64,000 bases of DNA. It comes from an uncultured Oscillospiraceae bacterium (GTDB taxonomy: Bacteria > Bacillota > Clostridia > Oscillospirales > JAAYXM01). Below, piece after piece: positions 56,247 to 64,000 of the stretch (position 1 is its first letter; each line of letters opens with the position of its first letter). A program made the position numbers and the translations under genes. The notes under the pieces were generated by a model, which did not search any database, was not told the DNA's origin, and saw nothing but the letters and a program-made list of their open reading frames with translations. The stretch is from contig CAKUEM010000004.1 in NCBI GenBank assembly GCA_934646115.1, forward strand, positions 9,891 to 73,890, given 5' to 3'.

Positions 56247-57596
56247 ATGGAGCTGCCGCAGGCATTTCTTGCGCGCATGAGGGCGCTTTTGGGCGCGGAG
56301 TATGACGCGTGGCTTGCAAGCTTTTCCGCGCGGCGGGCGCTTGGTCTGCGCGCGAATATAGGGAAAATCGCGCCGGATGCGTTGGCGCAGCTGCTGGATA
56401 TGGAGCTTTCTCCTGTCTCCTGGTGCGCGGGCGGGTTTTATTATCCGCCTGCGGCGCGCCCGGGCAAGTCGCCGTTTCATGACGCCGGGCTGTTTTACAT
56501 GCAGGAGCCGAGCGCGATGCTCCCCGCCGCGCTGCTCGCGCCGAAGCCCGGAATGCGCGTGCTTGATCTCTGCGCCGCGCCGGGCGGAAAAAGCACGCAG
56601 CTTGCGGATCAGCTCGGCGGTGAGGGTCTTTTGCTTTCTAACGAGCCGTATCCCGCGCGCGCCCGCGTTCTTGCGCAGAATATCGAGCGGATGGGGATCC
56701 GCAATGCGGCGGTCGTTTGCGCCATGCCGGATCAGCTTTCCGCGCGCTTTCCGGAATATTTTGACCGCGTGATGGTCGATGCGCCCTGCTCCGGCGAGGG
56801 CATGTTCCGCAAGGACGATGCGACGCGCGGCGAGTGGAGCGAGGCGGCGGTCGCGCATTGCGCCGCAAGACAGTGGGACATTCTGCGCCATGCGGCCGCC
56901 ATGCTGCGTCCCGGCGGGCGGCTGGTATATTCGACCTGCACATTTGCGCCGGAGGAGGATGAACGCATCGCCGCGCGCGCGGTTAGCGAGCTGGGGTTGC
57001 GCATTCTTCCTGCTGTGCTGCCGGATGTTTCGCCCGGGCGACCGGATTGGGCCGATGGAAGCGAAGCGCTGCGCGGCGCATGCCGCATCTGGCCGCATAA
57101 GGCGCGCGGCGAGGGGCATTTCGCCGTGCTGTTTGAAAAACCGGGCATTTCGCCGTGCGAGTGGGAGCAGCCGGACGGCGCGCCCGCGCCCGATGAATTT
57201 TTGACGTTTTGGGACGACACATTTCTTGCGCCGCCGCCGGAAAATTTGTTTCTGCATCGCGACCAGCTGTATGCGGTATCGATTGCGCCGCAAATGCTTT
57301 CCGGGTTGCGCGTTGTCTGTCCGGGGCTGCCGCTCGGCATATGCAGGAAGGGGCGGTTTGAGCCGGCGCATGCGCTTGCCATGGCGAGCCGCGCCGGGGA
57401 TGCGAGGCGAGTGGCGCCGCTCAGCCGCGCCGAGGCGATGCGCTATCTGCACGGCGAAACGATCGCCGTTGAAACCGCGCCGGGTTGGGCGCTGGCAACG
57501 CTGGATTCTTATCCGCTCGGCTGGGGGAAAATAAGCGGGGGGATTTTAAAAAATCATTATCCAAAGGGTCTGCGCCGCATGGGAAATGAGGAATGA
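56247..57596 (+). CDS. RsmB/RsmF-family rRNA cytosine-C5 methyltransferase
   Basis: 449 aa, DLCAAPGGKSTQ, DAPCSGEGMFRK, YSTCTFAPEEDE, plus a C-terminal PUA-like extension. Confidence 0.85.
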   Translation: MELPQAFLARMRALLGAEYDAWLASFSARRALGLRANIGKIAPDALAQLLDMELSPVSWCAGGFYYPPAARPGKSPFHDAGLFYMQEPSAMLPAALLAPKPGMRVLDLCAAPGGKSTQLADQLGGEGLLLSNEPYPARARVLAQNIERMGIRNAAVVCAMPDQLSARFPEYFDRVMVDAPCSGEGMFRKDDATRGEWSEAAVAHCAARQWDILRHAAAMLRPGGRLVYSTCTFAPEEDERIAARAVSELGLRILPAVLPDVSPGRPDWADGSEALRGACRIWPHKARGEGHFAVLFEKPGISPCEWEQPDGAPAPDEFLTFWDDTFLAPPPENLFLHRDQLYAVSIAPQMLSGLRVVCPGLPLGICRKGRFEPAHALAMASRAGDARRVAPLSRAEAMRYLHGETIAVETAPGWALATLDSYPLGWGKISGGILKNHYPKGLRRMGNEE

Positions 57597-58462
57597 GCAT
57601 GAAGAAAAACACGGTGCTTGCCGTATCGCGCGAGCAGGAATTATTGCCGTTTTTGCAGCAGGAGCTGCGCGGGCAGTCGCGCAACAATATCAAATCGCTG
57701 CTGACCTGGCGGCAGGTGCATGTTGATGGAAAGCCGGTCGGGCAGCATGATTTTGCGCTGCGCCCGGGGATGGTCGTTGAAATTTTATGGAATCAGCCGC
57801 GCGGCGCGCAGCCGGACGAGCTGCCGATTTTATTTGAAGATGAAAACATGATCGCGATCGATAAGCCGGCGGGGCTGCTCACCATCGCGACCGAGCGTGA
57901 GCGCGAGCGGACGGCGTATCGCATGCTGACGGAGTATGTGCGGCGGGGTGACCCGAACGCGCGGATCTTCGTGGTGCATCGGCTGGACCGCGATACGTCG
58001 GGCGTTTGGATCGTTGCAAAATCCGAGCAGGCAAAACGCGCGCTTCAGGATGCATGGAACGACCGGGTGCTGCGGCGCGAATATCTTGCGGTCGTTGAGG
58101 GCTGCCCGGAGGAGGCGCGGGGGACGATTCGCTCGCGCCTGCGCGAGACGAAAACACACCTGGTTTATTCGGCAGAGCGCGGCGTTTCCGCGGTGACGAA
58201 TTACGAGCTGCTGCGGCGCGGAACACAATACAGCCTGCTGCGCGTGGCGATCGAGACCGGGCGCAAAAACCAGATTCGCGTTCATATGCACGACCTGGGG
58301 CATCCGATCGCGGGCGACCGGAAATACGGCGCGGCGTCCAGCCCGATCGGGCGGCTTGCGCTGCATGCGAGTACGCTTGCGCTGAAAAGTCCGTTTTCCG
58401 GCGAGATTTTAACGTTAACGGCGCGCATGCCGAAGGCGTTTGAGCGGCTGCTGCGCCTGTGA
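57593..58462 (+). CDS. RluA-family pseudouridine synthase with S4-like N-terminus
   Basis: 289 aa, HRLDRDTSGVWIVAK and GRKNQIRVHM. ATGA overlap with the upstream stop. Confidence 0.88.
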   Translation: MSMKKNTVLAVSREQELLPFLQQELRGQSRNNIKSLLTWRQVHVDGKPVGQHDFALRPGMVVEILWNQPRGAQPDELPILFEDENMIAIDKPAGLLTIATERERERTAYRMLTEYVRRGDPNARIFVVHRLDRDTSGVWIVAKSEQAKRALQDAWNDRVLRREYLAVVEGCPEEARGTIRSRLRETKTHLVYSAERGVSAVTNYELLRRGTQYSLLRVAIETGRKNQIRVHMHDLGHPIAGDRKYGAASSPIGRLALHASTLALKSPFSGEILTLTARMPKAFERLLRL

Positions 58463-58517
58463 TGGCTTGCGCCGCGCCGCGATTTCCTGTACAATAAAAC
58501 ACGGAGGGTGATGCAAG

Positions 58518-59603
58518 ATGAAGAGCAGCAATGTGTATTGGACCGACCTGCGCACGAGCGCGCATGAAAATTTGCCGCAAAAGCTTGTGCGGCTCATCCG
58601 CGCGGCAGGTATGGAAACCATTGATTTTAACGGAAAATTTGCCGCGATCAAGCTGCATTTCGGCGAGCCGGGGAATCTTGCCTTTTTGCGGCCAAATTAT
58701 GCCAAGGTGGTGGCAGACGTGGTGCGAGCCTGCGGCGGAACGCCGTTTTTGACCGATTGCAACACGCTGTATGTTGGGCGGCGCAAAAACGCGATCGACC
58801 ATTTAAATGCCGCGTATGAAAACGGATTTTCGCCGTTTTCTACCGGCTGCCATGTGATCATCGGCGATGGGCTGAAGGGGACGGACGAGGTGTCGGTTCC
58901 GGTCGCGGGCGGGCAGTATGTCCGCGAGGCGAAGATCGGCCGCGCCATCATGGATGCGGATGTGATCATCTCGCTCAACCATTTTAAGGGGCATGAATGC
59001 ACCGGATTTGGCGGCGCACTGAAGAATCTGGGTATGGGCTGCGGCTCGCGTGCGGGCAAGATGGAGATGCATTCCGCGGGCAAGCCCTATGTAAACGAAG
59101 CGGTCTGCGTTGCTTGCGGCGAATGCCGGCGCAACTGCGCGCACGGCGCGATCACGATCGATACCGCGGCGCATATTGACCACGCGAAATGCGTCGGCTG
59201 CGGGCGCTGTCTGGGCGCATGTCCGACCAATGCGGTGTGCCCCGCGTCGGACGAATCAAACGATATTTTAAATTGTAAAATTGCAGAATACACCAAGGCG
59301 GTCATTGCCGGGCGTCCGTCGTTTCATATCAGCCTGGTGATCGATGTTTCGCCAAATTGCGACTGCCGTGCGGAGAATGACACGCCGTTTGTGCCGGATA
59401 TCGGCATGTTCGCATCGTTTGACCCGGTCGCGCTGGATGCGGCGTGCGCGGATGCGGTCAATCGCGCGCCGATGCTTGCGCACGGTCCGGCGGAGGGCGA
59501 CCATTTTGACGCGGTGCATCCGACCACGAATTGGCGCGTTGCCCTAGAGCATGCGGAGCGGCTCGGGATCGGGCGGCGGGCATATACGCTTTGCCGCGTG
59601 TAA
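58518..59603 (+). CDS. DUF362 domain protein with inserted 2x[4Fe-4S] ferredoxin domain
   Basis: 361 aa, ...IKLHFGEPGN...FLTDCNTLY...CVACGECRRNCAHGA...CVGCGRCLGACP. Confidence 0.8.
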   Translation: MKSSNVYWTDLRTSAHENLPQKLVRLIRAAGMETIDFNGKFAAIKLHFGEPGNLAFLRPNYAKVVADVVRACGGTPFLTDCNTLYVGRRKNAIDHLNAAYENGFSPFSTGCHVIIGDGLKGTDEVSVPVAGGQYVREAKIGRAIMDADVIISLNHFKGHECTGFGGALKNLGMGCGSRAGKMEMHSAGKPYVNEAVCVACGECRRNCAHGAITIDTAAHIDHAKCVGCGRCLGACPTNAVCPASDESNDILNCKIAEYTKAVIAGRPSFHISLVIDVSPNCDCRAENDTPFVPDIGMFASFDPVALDAACADAVNRAPMLAHGPAEGDHFDAVHPTTNWRVALEHAERLGIGRRAYTLCRV

Positions 59604-59613
59604 AAATAATATA

Positions 59614-59650
59614 AAAGAGCGCTGACCGTTTTATCGGTCAGCGCTCTTGC
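59614..59650. terminator. bidirectional rho-independent terminator
   Basis: aagagcgcugaccg-uuuua-cggucagcgcucuu, a 14-bp stem between convergent genes. Confidence 0.8.
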
Positions 59651-59652
59651 TG

Positions 59653-60783
59653 TTATGCCTCAAGTGCGTGGAGAAACGCCGCTTCCAAATTGCAGCACGG
59701 CGGCTTGCCCAGCGCGGTCAGCGCATCGTGCAGCGCGCGCATGGTCAGGCGCATATCTTCGATATTTGCGTTTTCGCCCATATGTCCGATGCGGATCACG
59801 CGTCCGGCAAGCGTATCAAAGCAACCTGCAAGCATCACACCCTGCTCTGCAACTTTTTGCAGGATCGCGGTATCAGTCAGCCCTGCCGGCACGTCAAAAA
59901 CCGTCACCGTGGGCGAGAAACCCGCGCGCAGATACAGCGAAAGCCCGCCCTGCGTGAGCGCTTCTCGACAGGCGCGCGCAATGCGCGCGTGCCGCGCAAA
60001 AATTTCCGGATCGTCCAGCACATTTTGCAGCGCGGCGCGAAATCCGTAAATATCGCTGATCGGCATGGAGTAGGGGAACCATTTTTTTGCGTAATAATCG
60101 CGATAGCTTAAAATGCTGAGATAAAAAGATGCGATCGGCGTGCGCCGCGCATCCATGCGCGCAAATGCGTCTGCACTTACGCCCAGAAACGTCAGCCCGA
60201 TCGGCGCGGAAAGCGCCTTCTGCGAGCCGCCGCACAGAATATCGATCTGCGCGCGCGACACGTCAAGCGGCGTGCCGAATGACGCAGACACTGAGTCGAC
60301 GATCGTGAGAATTCCGTAGCGCTTGAGCAGCGGGGAAAGCGTTTCCACGTCGTTGAGCATACCGCTCGGCGTGTCGCAATGCACCAGCGTCGCCGCGCGA
60401 AATGCATGGTCACGCTCTAAAAAGGCGGCCAAAGCGTCCGGATCGACCGGGTTTTGCGGGTCAACGGAGTATAATACCGGATCGCCGCCATAGATTTTTA
60501 CGAAATCGGCGAAGCCGCGCCCGAAAATGCCGTTATCGATCACAAGAACGCGATCACCCGGCTCGATCAAAGAAGCGCATGCCGCTTCCAGCCCGAGGAT
60601 TCCCTCGCCGCTGAGCAGAAAAAACTCATTTTCTGTATGGAAAAACTGCGCAAGGTCGCGGCAAACATCGCGATATTCGTCATAAAATGACAGATCCAAA
60701 TCAGGATTCGTTGTGGGCAGCGCCCGGGCGGCGCGCACATTCTCGCGCACCTGGGTGGGACCCGGTGTCATGACCTTCAGCAT
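59653..60783 (-). CDS. class V (AGXT/serine-pyruvate type) PLP-dependent aminotransferase
   Basis: Start trimmed to ATG 60783 (MLKVMTPGPTQVRENV...). The PLP-Lys context GGSQKALSAP is intact. RBS aaaggagg. Confidence 0.85.
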   Translation of the reverse strand: MLKVMTPGPTQVRENVRAARALPTTNPDLDLSFYDEYRDVCRDLAQFFHTENEFFLLSGEGILGLEAACASLIEPGDRVLVIDNGIFGRGFADFVKIYGGDPVLYSVDPQNPVDPDALAAFLERDHAFRAATLVHCDTPSGMLNDVETLSPLLKRYGILTIVDSVSASFGTPLDVSRAQIDILCGGSQKALSAPIGLTFLGVSADAFARMDARRTPIASFYLSILSYRDYYAKKWFPYSMPISDIYGFRAALQNVLDDPEIFARHARIARACREALTQGGLSLYLRAGFSPTVTVFDVPAGLTDTAILQKVAEQGVMLAGCFDTLAGRVIRIGHMGENANIEDMRLTMRALHDALTALGKPPCCNLEAAFLHALEA

Positions 60784-60785
60784 AC

Positions 60786-61325
60786 TCACGCCTCCTTTTT
60801 CGGGAAGAGCTTGCGCATGACAAGCACGAGCGGGAAGCTGATGATCGCGGCGGTGCCGACCTGCACCACATTGCCCGGAATCGAGGTGAGCGGCGCGACC
60901 CAGTTGCCGTAAATGATCGCTTCTGCCACGTAATAGCCGCCGATTTTCAGCGCGAGCGCCGCCAGCATGGCAACAATATACCAAAGCACAAAGTGGTCAT
61001 GCTTTTTCTCAAAAATCAGACCGACCACAAAGCCCATCGCACCGACGATTACAAATGTGAACGGCGCCCAAAGCGTCCAACCGGAGAGCAGGTCAAACAG
61101 TCCCATACCGATCGCGCCGGCGAGTGCGCCGCTGCGCTTGCCGAAAATGACCGCCGCGATGAAAAGCGGAACGTTTCCCAGATGCACAAGCCCGCCGTTT
61201 GCCGCGATGGGCAGGCGAATGTTGATAAAAAATGTGGCGAGCAGGGTCAGGGCGATGAGAAGTGCGTCGATCGTCATGCTTTTGATCCGCTCAGACGTCA
61301 TAGTTTTTGTTGTTGTGTTGCTCAT
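60786..61325 (-). CDS. ECF-transporter substrate-capture (S) component, substrate unknown (possibly B6-related)
   Basis: 179 aa from ATG 61325, six hydrophobic helices (...GGLVHLGNVPLFIAAVIFG...). Its stop lies 2 nt before the aminotransferase start codon. No ECF A/T genes are adjacent. Confidence 0.65.
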   Translation of the reverse strand: MSNTTTKTMTSERIKSMTIDALLIALTLLATFFINIRLPIAANGGLVHLGNVPLFIAAVIFGKRSGALAGAIGMGLFDLLSGWTLWAPFTFVIVGAMGFVVGLIFEKKHDHFVLWYIVAMLAALALKIGGYYVAEAIIYGNWVAPLTSIPGNVVQVGTAAIISFPLVLVMRKLFPKKEA

Positions 61326-61356
61326 TGAAAAAACCTCGCTTTTTGTCTCATTTTGC

Positions 61357-61385
61357 TTGACGTCGAAAACGTCTGGCATTATAAT
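61357..61385 (+). promoter_or_regulatory. candidate sigma-A promoter of the MocR regulator gene (TTGACG-17-TATAAT)
   Basis: TTGACG at 61357-61362 and TATAAT at 61380-61385. The sequence cattataatagc also reads TATAAT on the opposite strand. Confidence 0.55.
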
Positions 61386-61455
61386 AGCACTAAACTGGCT
61401 ATATTAAAAATACCAGATTGCAATTATTTTTTAAGGTCAGATTGGGGTGGCGGGC

Positions 61456-62841
61456 ATGCAAAATTATGAAGAAACGCGGCGCGAGCCGCTGTATCGCGCG
61501 CTTTATACAAAGCTGCGGCAGGACATAGAGAGCGGGCGTTTGCCGGCGAATGCAAAGCTTTTATCCAAGCGGAAAATGGCAGAGCGAGAGGGCGTGAGCG
61601 TCAGCACGGTGGAGGGCGCGTATGCGCAGCTGCTTTGCGAGGGGTTTATCATCTCGCGCCCGAAAAGCGGTTTTTTTGTCTGTGAGTTAGAGACGCTTTA
61701 TCCCGCGGCACAGCGCGCGCCGGAGCGCGCCGCACGGCAGCCGGAGCATGCGCGTTGTGATGTGGATTTCGCGATCACAGGTGTGGACCGCGCGGGGTTT
61801 CCGTATAGTACGTGGCGGCGGCTGATGAAAAACGCGTTTGATGAATACGACGAAAATCTGCTCGCGCGTTCGCCGGTGCAGGGCGAGCTTGCGCTGCGCC
61901 GCGAGCTTGTGAATTATCTTTATATGTCGCGCGGGGTGCATTGTACGGAGGAGCAGATTGTGGTTGGCGCGGGGACGGATAATCTGCTGCAGATCCTCAG
62001 TTACATCTTAGACGACCGCTGCAAGATCGCGATGGAGGACCCGGTCTATCACGAGTCGTATTTATTTTTCAGGCGCATGGGGCATGAGGTGCTCATGATC
62101 CCGATCGATCGGCAGGGCATGCCGGTCGAGCCGCTGTGCGCGTATGAAAATCTGGCGGCGTATATCACGCCGGCGCATCAGTTTCCGCTGGGCGTCACGA
62201 TGCCGATCTCGCGGCGCATCGGACTGATCAACTGGGCGAACGGCGCGCCGGGGCGCTATTTGATCGAGGACGATTATGACAGTGAATTTCGCTATAATGC
62301 AAAGCCGTATCCGGCGCTCAAGAGCATTGACCAAAACGGCCGCGTGATCTATTTGGGCAGCTTTTCGCGCGCGATCTCGCCCGCGCTGCGTATCAGCTAT
62401 ATGGTGCTGCCGCGCGAGCTGATGGCGCGCTATCGCGAGAGCTGCAGCGCGTTTGGAAGCAGCGTGTCGAAGCTGGATCAGCTTGTGCTGGCGCAGTTTT
62501 TAAATCGTCGGCATTTTGAAACGCACCTCAATAAAATGCGCAAGGTGTATCGCCAGAAGCGCGCGGCGCTGGATGCGGCGCTTTGCGAGGCGTTCGGCGA
62601 AAAGGTTGAGATCCATGGCGAAAATGCGGGGCAGCATTTGCTCGTTCGGCATTGCGGCGGCATGAGCGAGGCGGAAATGTGCGCTGCGGCAGAGCGCTGC
62701 GGCGTGCGCGTTTATCCGATCTCGCCATATTTTGTCGGCAGGATGCCGGCGCGCTATCAAAGTACGGTGCTGCTCGGCTACGCAACGCTTGAAATTGCGC
62801 AGATCCGCGAGGGGATCGCGCGGCTGCGCACCGTTTGGTAA
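61456..62841 (+). CDS. MocR/GabR-type GntR-family regulator (wHTH plus aminotransferase-like domain) with Arg at the PLP-lysine position
   Basis: N-terminal GntR HTH (LLSKRKMAEREGVSVSTVEGAYAQL) and a fold-type-I aminotransferase domain. The conserved SFSK motif reads SFSR (CGC at 62368-62370). Confidence 0.85.
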   Translation: MQNYEETRREPLYRALYTKLRQDIESGRLPANAKLLSKRKMAEREGVSVSTVEGAYAQLLCEGFIISRPKSGFFVCELETLYPAAQRAPERAARQPEHARCDVDFAITGVDRAGFPYSTWRRLMKNAFDEYDENLLARSPVQGELALRRELVNYLYMSRGVHCTEEQIVVGAGTDNLLQILSYILDDRCKIAMEDPVYHESYLFFRRMGHEVLMIPIDRQGMPVEPLCAYENLAAYITPAHQFPLGVTMPISRRIGLINWANGAPGRYLIEDDYDSEFRYNAKPYPALKSIDQNGRVIYLGSFSRAISPALRISYMVLPRELMARYRESCSAFGSSVSKLDQLVLAQFLNRRHFETHLNKMRKVYRQKRAALDAALCEAFGEKVEIHGENAGQHLLVRHCGGMSEAEMCAAAERCGVRVYPISPYFVGRMPARYQSTVLLGYATLEIAQIREGIARLRTVW

Positions 62842-62908
62842 AAAATTTCGGGCGCGGTGTAGCATTTCGCGCCGCTGCGCGGTATTCCTTATGGAGAGGA
62901 GGGATCGC

Positions 62909-63397
62909 ATGACCGAACAGGCGGAGGACATGATCCGGCGGCATGCGGACATGGTGTTTCGGCTTGCCGTTGCGCGCTGCGGAAATCGAAGCGACGCAGA
63001 CGATATTTTTCAGGATGTATTTACCCGATATTTGAGCCGCCGCCCGGCGTTTGAAAGCGAGGAGCATGCGCGCGCATGGTTCATCCGCGTGACGATCAAC
63101 TGCTCGAAAAGCTTGTGCCACAGCGCATGGCGGCGACACACGCAGCCGCTTGAGGAGCTAAACGCCGCCGCCACGCCGCCAGAACGGGAGCTGTTTTACG
63201 CATTGCAGGCGCTGCCTGTGCGTGACCGCACGCTGCTGCACCTTTTTTATTATGAACAGCTGGAGACAGAGCAGATCGGTGCGCTGCTTCACACCAAGCC
63301 GGCGACCGTGCGGACGCAGCTGGTGCGTGCGCGCCGCAAGCTAAAGGCGATATTGGAGGAGGAAGATGATGAAAAATGCCTATCAAACGCTTTATGA
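62909..63397 (+). CDS. ECF-type sigma-70 family RNA polymerase sigma factor
   Basis: MTEQAEDMIRRHADMVFRLAV...DADDIFQDVF (region 2) and LPVRDRTLLHLFYYEQLETEQIGALL...TVRTQLVRARRKL (region 4). ATG 62909 behind ggagaggaggg; alternative start at 62891. Confidence 0.85.
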   Translation: MTEQAEDMIRRHADMVFRLAVARCGNRSDADDIFQDVFTRYLSRRPAFESEEHARAWFIRVTINCSKSLCHSAWRRHTQPLEELNAAATPPERELFYALQALPVRDRTLLHLFYYEQLETEQIGALLHTKPATVRTQLVRARRKLKAILEEEDDEKCLSNAL

Positions 63398-64000
63398 TCC
63401 CATCAAGCCCGACCCGGCGCTTTTGCAGCGGGTTCTGCAGGAGAAACGCCGCGCGCGTCCACGGCTGCGGCGCATGGCGGTTGCGGCTGCCATGGTCGCA
63501 GCGCTTGCTGTTTTGATCCCAACGCTGGCGGTCGCCACGCCGCAGATCGCGGCGCTGATGCGTCATGTTGCGCCCGGGATCGCGCAGCGGTTCACGCCGG
63601 TTTGCATGTCCTGCGAGGATCAGGGCGTGCGGATGGAGGTGGTCTCCGCGGCGATCCATGGCAATGTTGCCGAAGTTTATATTACGATGACGGATCTGAC
63701 CGGCGACCGCATCGATGAAACCGTGGATCTGTATGACAGCTACACGATCGAGCGCGGGTTTGACAGCTCGGCGACCTGCCAGCTCCTGCATGTGGACCGC
63801 GAGACGAAAACCGCGACGTTTTTGCTCACGATCTCGCAGTGGGGCGCGCGTGACGTTGCGGGGGATAAGATCACGTTTTCCGTCCGCAAATTTTTGAGCA
63901 AAAAAAAGACGTGGCGCGATGTGGAGATCCCGCTTGCGCTCGCGGAGGTTGCGCCGGGCGCGGCGCGCAGCGATGCACAGATCACGGGCTGGGGCGGCGC
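63366..64000 (+). CDS. putative anti-sigma factor with one TM segment and a DUF4179-like extracytoplasmic domain (partial; continues past the window end)
   Basis: ATG ATG at 63366. MMKNAYQTLYDPIKPDPALLQRVLQEKRRARPRLRRMAVAAAMVAALAVLIPTLAV..., open to the window edge. It overlaps the sigma gene end by 32 nt. Absent from the track because there is no stop in the window. Confidence 0.65.
   Translation, partial: MMKNAYQTLYDPIKPDPALLQRVLQEKRRARPRLRRMAVAAAMVAALAVLIPTLAVATPQIAALMRHVAPGIAQRFTPVCMSCEDQGVRMEVVSAAIHGNVAEVYITMTDLTGDRIDETVDLYDSYTIERGFDSSATCQLLHVDRETKTATFLLTISQWGARDVAGDKITFSVRKFLSKKKTWRDVEIPLALAEVAPGAARSDAQITGWGG

Noticed and set aside
1-64000. Search for CRISPR arrays, tRNA/rRNA genes, IS elements, integrases, prophage or toxin-antitoxin/defence modules.
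   Set aside because: No repeat-spacer periodicity, no tRNA-like T-arm motifs, and no transposase, integrase or phage-like translations were seen in any frame. The only compositional island is the MFS gene, which is reported separately.

Overview
This 64-kb window looks like a gene-dense chromosomal core region of a high-GC, spore-forming Clostridia-type Firmicute; that placement rests on spo0A, spoIVB, ylbJ, a gerA-type receptor operon and reverse rubrerythrin. I support about 70 protein genes and one ncRNA, the RNase P RNA (rnpB).

Main blocks, in order:
- a uracil permease-upp operon and a malic enzyme;
- a large fatty-acid synthesis and acetyl-CoA carboxylase cluster (fabD, then divergently fabH-fabG-fabF-accB-fabZ-accC-accD-accA-acpP);
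- a four-subunit 2-oxoacid:ferredoxin oxidoreductase operon led by a P-loop NTPase;
- spoIVB-spo0A and a perR-reverse rubrerythrin-rubredoxin operon;
- era-recO-mutS2 and prfA-sua5-coaE;
- trmK-nif3-rqcH;
- a germinant receptor operon;
- RNA-modification and helicase genes;
- a MocR-type regulator divergon and an ECF sigma/anti-sigma pair at the right edge.

I saw no CRISPR array, tRNA, rRNA, transposase, integrase, prophage or recognisable defence island. I cannot support a claim of a novel multi-gene system.

The most interesting observations are single-residue or single-gene anomalies read directly from the sequence:
1. Spo0A carries Asn-Asn where the phospho-acceptor Asp should be.
2. A 712-aa membrane protein upstream of era follows the P-type ATPase layout but has lost every catalytic signature.
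3. A MocR regulator has Arg in place of the PLP-binding Lys.
4. accD appears to initiate at CTG.
5. A rubredoxin missing from the ORF track has a CxC first knuckle instead of CxxC.
6. A terminator-type leader lies upstream of the uracil permease and has no recognisable PyrR site.
7. A small two-TM ORF is embedded in the ger operon.
8. A low-GC MFS transporter gene overlaps trmK.

All functional calls come from reading the translations by eye, with no database search. Start codons were refined from RBS and homology logic and may be off by a few codons.
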